This document shows, piece after piece, positions 30,440-39,175 of a stretch of 64,000 nt of DNA. The notes below the pieces were generated by a model. The model searched no databases. It was not told the DNA's origin and saw nothing but the letters and a program-made list of their open reading frames with translations. Both the position numbers and the translations under genes were made by a program. The stretch's first letter is position 1, and every line of letters begins with the position of its first letter. The DNA comes from Tetramitus jugosus (lineage: Eukaryota > Protista > Heterolobosea). The stretch covers positions 62,001 to 126,000 of the forward strand of contig OW569358.1 in the NCBI GenBank assembly GCA_937625935.1. The letters are read 5' to 3'.

Positions 30440-31847
30440 AGTTAGTGTAATACACTCATCAGTCTTCACACGAACTACTTCACCACCAAGAATCGTGATG
30501 ATCAATCTTTCCAATCTCATCTCTCTCTAATACTGCACTCAATGTAAGTCTATACCTCTTTCCAGCAAGTGGTGTTCTCTTGTCTGAGTAATAGTCAAAG
30601 GCATGTCTGTATTCTTCGACGAGGAACTCTCTAGGAACAATCATTTGAGCTGACAACTTCTTCTTACGATAAATATCTGTACTTGCATCAATCCACTTCA
30701 CATCAACAATAGTTGCACCTGTAACCATTGCATAGACAACCTTTGAAGTTCTACCACCAGTCATCACTAGAAGATTTTCCTCTATTATCAGCAATCTCCA
30801 TCAGATCTACTCTTCTGAAAGCACAAATGGTTGCAGCAGATATTGTCTGTACAATTTTTGTCGCTGCTGATTCTGTTTGACCTGTCACGTCAAATATGAA
30901 GACTGGCTTGTGAAGTTCGTAATCATCAGTTGAACTTCTTCTTGATTTGCTTAAAGTCTTCATTGATATATTCACCAACTGCTTCTTTCTTCTTAATCTT
31001 ATCTAGCTTCTCTTGTCTCTTCCTCTTCTTTGAAGCCTGTTTGGTTCTTGGCTGTATTACAGTAGCCACATCTTCATATTTGGCAAATACAGACAAGAAA
31101 ACAGGTTCGTCGATATAATGTGTAATCATGGAAGTCAATGATGTTGGTCCATCTGAATGATATTCTCTCAAGTGCTTCAACTCAGCCATAACTCGTTTCC
31201 ATCTTCTATCTTTTGGTCTTTCTTTTAAAACAGCCTCCATCTCATCTAATCTTTCGACAATATTCTCAGAGCCATGCTGCTGCAATCTGTAACAGAACCA
31301 TCTCAACAAAACCTCACAAACAAGCATATCATATCTACCGGGACCTTTAAAGATCTTGTTGATTTCCTCAGCAGCAGCAGCTTCTGCCATAATTGGACTC
31401 CCACCAATCAAGTTTGCCTCTAGAGTGGTGAGTAGTAACTTCTGAGCATTTCTTTCTAATGTAGAGGCATATTTATCCACTGCTGTGCATGCTTGTTTAT
31501 GAATCTTCCTATAAATACATTCTCTCAATTCGCTAATACATTCTGCCAGTTTTTCATCAACGCGACATAACAACCTTCATCAATGAAGATGCGATTCCCT
31601 TCATTAATAATGTCGTAGAACTTCTTCAATTCTGCAACAGCAGTATCATACACTTTATGACCTTGAAATCTTCTAACTGCGATAGCAATTACACCGTAGT
31701 CATCGCTTCCATCAGCATCAAACAATTCAATAAACTTGTCCTTGTAGGTATCAAACTCGTCCTTGAGGAGTTCGTCATAGCCAGTGAGAAGATCTGGACG
31801 TTCTTCGTTGAGAGTGGAAAGGTATTCAAACAGCAATCCGTCGGCGA
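30440..31847 (-). pseudogene. Multiply frameshifted gene fragment ending in a BRCT domain
   Basis: Four overlapping ORF pieces (31525..31938, 30926..31573, 30751..30978, 30480..30794). RTSKVVYAMVTGATIVDVKWIDAS fits the BRCT T.K...A...G..IV...W motif. Confidence 0.55.
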
Positions 31848-32112
31848 CTTCCTTGGACTGGAGATATCCATGTTTGTCAATGGTGGGCATTGGATCACTG
31901 AGGGCGTTCAAACTGTTGTAACACTCAGTCTCTATCACAACAAAAACATCCCTGTTTGCGTGTTACAGACACCAGGTCGGAATATTAAATCACTTTGGAA
32001 CCTTAAAATTCTCTCCACAACGATCAAAAAACGTCCGTCAGGTGCCAAAATTTTCTTTATTCTGATCTTCCTTTGCGAAAGCGAACAAGACAAGCATCAC
32101 AAAAAACTACCA
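31848..32112. repeat. Direct repeat copy 2; forms the upstream region of the alpha-SNAP gene
   Basis: Matches 27554..27806 and ends 19 nt before the alpha-SNAP ATG. Confidence 0.93.
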
Positions 32113-32131
32113 CTCACCTCACAATTCAATC

Positions 32132-33222
32132 ATGTCGTTTGGTCTCATGAAAGCCAATCAGCTTTTCAAACAAGCTGAATCCAAATCCAAATCCATCATC
32201 TCATTTGGTCCCAACAAGTACAAGGATGCCATTGAGATGTACGATGAGGCGAGTGACTTGTTTTCAGAGGAACATTTATGTATGTGTTTTTATTCTATCA
32301 TGTTGTTTGTTGATGGCAATGTTGGTTGTTGGATCCTTACCGCAGTGAGTATTCTCACACAACGTTTCTCCCGTACTTTTGTTGTTGTCGTCTTCTTGTG
32401 TGTGACAAATTGTGCTCGTGTGACATGCGAAAAAAAAAACAAACAACGAAAAAAAAAAATAACCATGGTACAGACTCTGAAGCTGCCAAGTGTAATTTAG
32501 CAATTGCCAAGTGCTCCCTGGCCCTGAAGAAACCATTGGAGGCCGCAGAAGCCTACGCCGATGCAGGCATGAATTTTTATAACGATCGAAAAGTGGATGA
32601 AGCAATCGAGAATTATGAAACAGCGGCTCGCATGTTCTCAGAAAATGGAAAATTCGTCAAAGCTGCGGAAACACATCTCGAACTCGCCGATATTTTCGAA
32701 AAGGATCACAAGCTAAAACTAGCGGCCAACCAAGTACAGAAAGCAGCGGATTATTATGAAGCGGAGAATAAAAATTCGACCAACAAGCGGATTGTGGAAC
32801 GGTTGGCCCATTTGAATGCCCGAGCGGGTTATTATGAGGAGGCCATTGAGTTCTTTGAGAGTACGGCGGGCAGTATAATACGTGATGGAACGGATTCGAA
32901 GATTAAAGCTCGAGAGTACTTGTTCAAGGCTGGGTTGTGTCATTTGGCACAAGTAGAAGATCCAGATGAGGACCTAGAGATGGCAGAGGATGCCATTAAG
33001 GGATACAAGAATATGGACAAGTATTTTGCGAGATCGTGTGGTCATCAGTTGCTAGACGGAATTATGGATGCACTGGACGAGAAGAGTATTCCTCTGTATC
33101 AGAAGGCAATGAGAGATTATGATGACAACGATGGTGCCATGGATCTTTGGACTACGGCCATCTTGGAAGTAATCTACGGCCGGATCAAATTCATCTCGGA
33201 CGAGGAAAATGATTTGACATGA
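32132..33222 (+). CDS. Alpha-SNAP/Sec17-like NSF attachment protein; intron 32280..32473
   Basis: KY.DA.EMY..A, AA..Y..A, G.F.KAA..H..LA.IFE, AREYLFKAGLCHL, MD.W.T and C-terminal EENDLT; the GTATGT..CAG intron keeps the frame. Confidence 0.88.
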
Positions 33223-33557
33223 GTGATAAATATGTGTTGTTTAGGAGGCATTCACAATTACCCTTTGCAATTTTTGTGTTGTATTGGTCGGTTGATACGG
33301 AACGAACGGAACGAAAAGAAACTGAAATTGAGCTCTGTTCTTTGAAGGGTCCATCCGCTCCCTACACTTGTGCGCCGTAGACGGAGGATCGTTGAACCGC
33401 TGAGCATTTATTTCACCAGGATCCTTTTTCGGTCGATTGATTACTACAACAGGCGGCGGTTACCAGCTCGCACGATTTCGAGCATTCTGTTGCGACACAC
33501 AATAACAACAACAACAACAACACAAGTATTTATTATTTATTAGAGTACATAGGGTAC

Positions 33558-34712
33558 ATGGCAATCAGAAAGCTATCACATGATTACTCTCTTCCTAATG
33601 TGGATGAGGTTGAAGTTCTACTACGGAATTGTCCAAGAATTCATCCATGGACTACCAGAGCTCTCAACTCGTTATTTCATCCAAACATGTCGAGTTACGC
33701 TCTCAATAGGAACCGAAGGAAAACAGCGCTTGATATTGGCTCAGAGTCTACACAGAGTCATTGTTTAGAATGTGGGAGAGAGTTTTTCAGTGAAACGAAT
33801 AATTCAGAAGTGCGCAAGGTGAACACCAAGTTACAATTAATGCCTACTCCAATCAAGTGGGAAATACTGACAGTAATGTATGATAATGTTGTTACTCAGA
33901 AGAGGTTCAATTGGCACTTGGAGAAGATTAGAGAGATGATTGAAGAGCATTCATTGATATGTTCAGTTGTAGATAAATGGTGGATAGCTTTGAGGAATGA
34001 GGACTCTATTGTAGATCGGAAGACTCTCATATTTGTACTTTCGAGGATGTATGACATATTGGTTCCTTGTTTTTTATCCAATCCAGTGGAAAGAATGCAC
34101 TCCATTCAAATTGACTGCCAAAAACTTTGTGGAAAAGCAAAGAGTGTAACTTATGATCAGCTCAGAAGTCTATTGATCGAGTTGTGTGACAATTTTGTGA
34201 GCATAGATATCTGTGGCACGTGTGGAAGTGGCAGAACTGAATACAATCCGCTTAATTTATCTGCGTGGGGCAGTGCTCCTCGTCATTTTTTGCATTCAAA
34301 CACCAACAATGACAAAGCCAATGAAAATAAGCTGAGTTCTGGAGTGGAAGTCACTGCGCTCCTGTTCAGTCACTTTTTGAAGGACTTATGTATGAGGGTT
34401 TGCACGACTGATCTTCAGCGTAAGCGACGGAAATCTGACCATCATGATGAAAGAAAGAGTTCAAGAGGAGAAAGTCGGATTGCAGCAACCAATGCAACAA
34501 TGCTTCAAAAAGCAAAGAGTTTCGACTCCTGGACGGTTCAATCCAATCGCCGATCCCATCCAGTGTCAGCTTCGTTGCCATCTCTTTTGAGTCTGGAAAC
34601 GCGGCACCTCTTTGGGTTGACGTCACAACATCACAGTAAGAAAACTGTAGTGTCTAGTCATGATCCCCCACCAAAGACATCCCTCAAGCTTCCCTCAATA
34701 AACAACAACTGA
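33558..34712 (+). CDS. Hypothetical protein (degenerate EF-hand-like region)
   Basis: 384-aa ORF; WW...D.I.R......SR.Y..L and VTY.Q....LIELCD patterns. Confidence 0.6.
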   Translation: MAIRKLSHDYSLPNVDEVEVLLRNCPRIHPWTTRALNSLFHPNMSSYALNRNRRKTALDIGSESTQSHCLECGREFFSETNNSEVRKVNTKLQLMPTPIKWEILTVMYDNVVTQKRFNWHLEKIREMIEEHSLICSVVDKWWIALRNEDSIVDRKTLIFVLSRMYDILVPCFLSNPVERMHSIQIDCQKLCGKAKSVTYDQLRSLLIELCDNFVSIDICGTCGSGRTEYNPLNLSAWGSAPRHFLHSNTNNDKANENKLSSGVEVTALLFSHFLKDLCMRVCTTDLQRKRRKSDHHDERKSSRGESRIAATNATMLQKAKSFDSWTVQSNRRSHPVSASLPSLLSLETRHLFGLTSQHHSKKTVVSSHDPPPKTSLKLPSINNN

Positions 34713-34873
34713 CAAACTGTTGCTGACAACAAAATTCACTTTTATGTTCATCGGAGTAATCCTCATCTGACAGGATGTTCACAAAAAGTTCCGAACCGAT
34801 TTGCAGATTAAATCAAAACCAAAACAAAACTACCACTCTTTTTCATTTATTTATTTATTTCTGTGTGGTGATC

Positions 34874-35641
34874 ATGGTGAGAATGCTCATGAATGACACG
34901 AGTCAAGTGGACATTGACTACTTGACTGAACATGCAGACCAAGTCTCCTGGTTGGATAACGAAGTGGCACAACACGAGTTTGTGCTTCTCGTTTTCTTCA
35001 GAGGTTCTTGGTGAGGCTTCTGTCGAACGTACATGCTCCAACTCAATGAGTTGAACGAGCAAGTACGTTCGTTTGGCGGTCAAATTTTTGCGATTACGGC
35101 GCAAAAAGATTGTTCCGTCGAAAAAGACTGGCGATTACAGTTTCCAGTTCGCATTGATGCTCAATGTGCAACACAGAGAAGCTTTAGGCTTGTTATTACG
35201 GAGAGAGCTGGATATGAGCATGGAATGTCTCAACCAGGTATCGTTGTATTGCGGCACGTCACAAAAGATGATGAAAACAAGGCTACAAGCACGACGACAA
35301 GCATGAACATGAATGCCGCTACTCATGGACTTTCCAATCTAGAGCAGTGTGAGATTTTGTACTATTGGAAAATTGAACCATCGACAATGAACTTTGGTGG
35401 TGGTTCAGATCGCCCCATTCTATCACAGGTGATGAACTTGTTGATGTCGAGACTGCAATCGAATGACGAGAACAATAGTAGTCAACTGGAACGAGAGGAT
35501 CAGCAGATTGAAACAATAGGAAAGGCTGTGCGTTTGAGAGCACTCGATATCTACTTTCAATGGGGCACTTGGAAGTATTTGTTGATGCCATGTTGTTCTT
35601 GTTGTTGCTGCTATGGCTCCTCGGACGATGTTCTTGATTAA
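34874..35641 (+). CDS. Thioredoxin-fold AhpC/TSA-like selenoprotein (UxxC); TGA at 35012..35014 read as Sec
   Basis: ORFs 34775..35014 and 35033..35641 are in the same frame and read LLVFFRGSW-TGA-GFCRTY; a SECIS lies in the 3' UTR. Confidence 0.88.
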
Positions 35642-35767
35642 GTGGATGATGCAGTTGAAAATAGTTGTCTAGATATCAAACAAAGGACAGTTCTTACCAT
35701 CGTGTTGTGGTCATGGCAAACCGTAGAGCCATTGACTTTGGTAGCAGCAAATCAACAGCACTTGTTG

Positions 35768-35859
35768 GTAGATTGTACATTTCGCAATGACGACATTCTC
35801 ATAAAGCACGATGATGTGCGGGAGACTGTCTGACTCTAGAAGAAGTGACATCCTGCTAC
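35768..35859 (+). promoter_or_regulatory. Eukaryotic type II SECIS element
   Basis: ATGAC core (35787), GACATTCTC stem, unpaired AAA, GCAC/GTGC mini-stem, GAGACTGTC, TGAC (35831); flanks can form the lower helix. Confidence 0.85.
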
Positions 35860-35929
35860 GTATTCAACAATGGATGATATCGATAAAGAAGAACGCTCCC
35901 TTGGGATGATAGATTTTATACAATCAAAT

Positions 35930-38722
35930 TTATTTACATTTTTTCAGTGCTGCATGACAAGCAGCCAAGCGAGCAATAGGCACTCTGTATGGGGATACTG
36001 AGACGTAGTCCAAACCAGCTTCACTCAAGAACTGAATTGTGTCTGGATCACCACCCACTTCACCACAGATACCGATCTCAAGAGATGGATTCACACTTCT
36101 TCCTTTTTCGACTGCAATCTTAATAAGCGCTCCGACACCGTCATGATCGAGAGTTGTGAATGGATCAGCAGGCAAAATTCCCTTCTCCAAGTACATTGGA
36201 ACCCAATGAGGAGCATCGTCTCTCGAGTATCCAAATGTCAATGCTGTGAGATCATTGCTTCCAAAGGAGAAAAATTCTGCCTCGTGAGCGATTGCATCTG
36301 CAGTCAGTGCTGCTCTTGGTGTTTCGATCATTGTTCCAACTTGAACAACGACAGGAACATCAGACTTCTTGGTCTTCAGAACTCTGTCGGCTACCTCTAA
36401 GACAATGGCTTTTTGGTTCTGGAGCTCTGTTACATAGGAAACCATTGGTACCATGATTTCAACATGGCATGAGATTTGATAATGATCAGCTACTTCAACA
36501 GCCGCTTCCATGATAGCTTCCACCTGGACGACAGTGAATTCAGGATAGTGAATACCGACTCGGCAGCCACGGTGTCCAATCAATGGATTTGCTTCTTTCA
36601 TGTGTTGAACCTTATCTCGAACTTCATCGACTGGGATGTTGAGATCGTTCGCAACATCGAGAATAGCACTCTCAGTGGCTGGAAGGTACTCGTGCAGTGG
36701 AGGATCCAACAATCTCATGGTCAATGGTTTTCCTTGTATAATTTTGAACATTTCCTCAAAATCTTGTTTTTGATATGGCTTTAACCTGGCAAGGGCTTTC
36801 TTTCTGTCGTCTTCATCCTTGGCGAGAATGGATTCTCTCATGATACGCACTCTGTCCTTCTCGAAGAACATGTGTTCAGTTCGAGCAAGACCAATTCCAC
36901 CAGCTCCAAATCTTTCTGCGGTCTTGGCATCCTGAATCGTTTCACCATTGACTCTGACACCCATCTTTCTATACTTCTTCTCCATGTCCAAGATTTCTTG
37001 CAAATAGACATTCGTTTCAGCTTCAGTTGTCTTTACCTTACCTTCATATACTTCTCCAAGATTACCATCAAGAGAGATCCAATCGTTACTCGTAAAGGTT
37101 TTCCCCTTCACACTCAATTTTTGATGGACCTCATCGATCTGGATCTCGGCAACTCCGGAGACACAGACACGTCCCATTCCTCTGGCAACAACAGCTGCAT
37201 GACTCGTTTTACCACCATGCCTTGTCAAAATACCAGCCGAGATGTTCATGGCGATCACATCTTCAGTTGATGTCTCACTTCGAACCAAGATGCATGGAAT
37301 CTTATCATTGTAGAACTGGTGAACTTGATCAGCATTGAAGGCAATACGGCCAACTCCAGCACCAGGCGACGCTGCAATACCTCGAGATAGGAGAGTGTGA
37401 TTCTTCTTATCAGATTCATCAAATGTCTTGTGCAACAATTGGTCCAAACCTTCTGGCTTGATTCTCAACAGGGCTGTCTTCTCGTCAATCAACCCTTCAT
37501 GAATCATCTCCACTGCAGTTCTCACAGCAGCATGAACAGTTCTCTTTGCACTTCTGCACTGTAACATGAAGAATTCTCCATTTTGAATCGTAAATTCCAT
37601 GTCTTGCATGTCCTTGTACCGTTGTTCTAATTGATTAGATGCCTCAGCCAATTGTTGATAGCATTCTGGGAACAATTTCTCCAATTCTCGAATGTCTTGT
37701 GGTGTACGGATACCAGCCACTACATCCTCTCCTTGTGCGTTCACCAAAAACTCACCGTACAACTTCTTGTGACCTGTGGCAGGGCTTCTCGAAAAGGCAA
37801 CACCAGTTCCCGATTGATCATTCATGTTACCAAACACCATTCGCTGAATATTGACTGCAGTACCGTTGACTCCCACAATCTTATTAATTCTTCTATATTC
37901 AACAGCTCTCTTGTTGTTAAACGATTTGAATACAGCTTCAATAGCCATCAGCAATTGAACTTTTGGTTCTTGAGGAAACTCACGTCCCGTCGCTCTCTTT
38001 ACAATGTCCTTGAACTCGCGACAAATATTTTTCAAGTCATCAGTATTCAACTTGGAATCATACTGAACTTGTCTCTCTTCTCTGTACCTGGAGAGAACTT
38101 GTTCAAATTCATTTGAATCCACACGCAGCACCACATCACCAAACATTTGCAACAATCTACGATAGCAGTCATAGGCAAGTCTCGGATTGTTTGTCTGTGT
38201 TGCAAAAATCTCCACAGTCTCATCGTTCAATCCCACATTCAAAATCGTGTCCATCATACCAGGCATTGAAACTTTGCCTCCCGATCGAACAGACAACAAC
38301 AGCATGTGATCCGTGGTATGATTGGAAGCAAATCGGGAGCCAACAACCTTTTCCAATCGACTCAAATGCTCATCAATCTGAGTCAACACTTCAGGATCAA
38401 TGTGAGAAACAAATGTAGAATCAGTTTCAGCAGTATGACCACCGTTATGACTCACTGGCTTTTGTTGCGGTTGCTTTTGTGACAGCTGCTGCTGTTGTTT
38501 ACTCATCACTTTCTTGCTATACAGTTCACATGCATCCGTAGTGATGGTGAATCCTTGAGGCACAGTGTGAAACATTCTGGCCATTTCAGCTAGATTGGCT
38601 CCTTTGCCACCCAACAGACTAGACATGTCCTTGGTTCCCTCAGTCAAGTTTCCTTCAGAGCTTGAACCAAAGAAATAGACCCATTTGGTAGGTTGTGTTT
38701 GGTTATTGGATAGTGTCGTCAT
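35930..38722 (-). CDS. PPDK: Pyruvate, phosphate dikinase
   Basis: LLGGKGANLAEM, SVRSG..SMPGMMDTILN, NAQGEDVVAGIRTP, GG.TSHAAVVARGMG, GTMIE.PRA, FSFGSNDLT and GICGE.GGDP. Confidence 0.98.
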   Translation of the reverse strand: MTTLSNNQTQPTKWVYFFGSSSEGNLTEGTKDMSSLLGGKGANLAEMARMFHTVPQGFTITTDACELYSKKVMSKQQQQLSQKQPQQKPVSHNGGHTAETDSTFVSHIDPEVLTQIDEHLSRLEKVVGSRFASNHTTDHMLLLSVRSGGKVSMPGMMDTILNVGLNDETVEIFATQTNNPRLAYDCYRRLLQMFGDVVLRVDSNEFEQVLSRYREERQVQYDSKLNTDDLKNICREFKDIVKRATGREFPQEPKVQLLMAIEAVFKSFNNKRAVEYRRINKIVGVNGTAVNIQRMVFGNMNDQSGTGVAFSRSPATGHKKLYGEFLVNAQGEDVVAGIRTPQDIRELEKLFPECYQQLAEASNQLEQRYKDMQDMEFTIQNGEFFMLQCRSAKRTVHAAVRTAVEMIHEGLIDEKTALLRIKPEGLDQLLHKTFDESDKKNHTLLSRGIAASPGAGVGRIAFNADQVHQFYNDKIPCILVRSETSTEDVIAMNISAGILTRHGGKTSHAAVVARGMGRVCVSGVAEIQIDEVHQKLSVKGKTFTSNDWISLDGNLGEVYEGKVKTTEAETNVYLQEILDMEKKYRKMGVRVNGETIQDAKTAERFGAGGIGLARTEHMFFEKDRVRIMRESILAKDEDDRKKALARLKPYQKQDFEEMFKIIQGKPLTMRLLDPPLHEYLPATESAILDVANDLNIPVDEVRDKVQHMKEANPLIGHRGCRVGIHYPEFTVVQVEAIMEAAVEVADHYQISCHVEIMVPMVSYVTELQNQKAIVLEVADRVLKTKKSDVPVVVQVGTMIETPRAALTADAIAHEAEFFSFGSNDLTALTFGYSRDDAPHWVPMYLEKGILPADPFTTLDHDGVGALIKIAVEKGRSVNPSLEIGICGEVGGDPDTIQFLSEAGLDYVSVSPYRVPIARLAACHAALKKCK

Positions 38723-39175
38723 GACTCTTTTGTTCTTGTTTGTTTTCAGTAGGTATGTATGTGTGTGTTATGTATTGTACAATGTTGTTATTGTTCTTCT
38801 TCTTTTATGGAGAGGGTGAACTCTTGAGGGGTCAAAGGCACCAGAACGTAAGTCTCGCTGTTCACAACACACAGTGGGAAAATCAAAAGCTTTGGGGCTG
38901 TTGGGTTGAGTTTTACGTTTTCTGTTCGGATCGAAACCAATCAAATACGAGGAGCTCAAATCGATCAATTCCCAAACAAAAACAACGTATGAACCAAAAA
39001 TAGAGATCGTGATGACCATTGTATTCAAAGATTTACAACCCTGAAGAACTCACTGTGCGTGTCTGATGCAGATACTTTATTTTTATTCTTCGTTTGACGG
39101 AGTTGTTCTTGTGTTGTTCAATTAATCTCTTCCTGTTTTTTCTGGAATTTCCAGCTAAAAAACAAGTATTGAAAA

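Noticed and set aside
27554-32112. LTR retrotransposon interpretation of the 250-bp direct repeats
   Set aside because: No TG..CA termini, PBS/PPT, short TSD or gag/pol sequence; copy 2 is simply the alpha-SNAP upstream region.
35930-38722. PPDK as a recent bacterial transfer
   Set aside because: PPDK is widespread in protists, and this copy has a host-style poly-Q insert and no foreign flanks.
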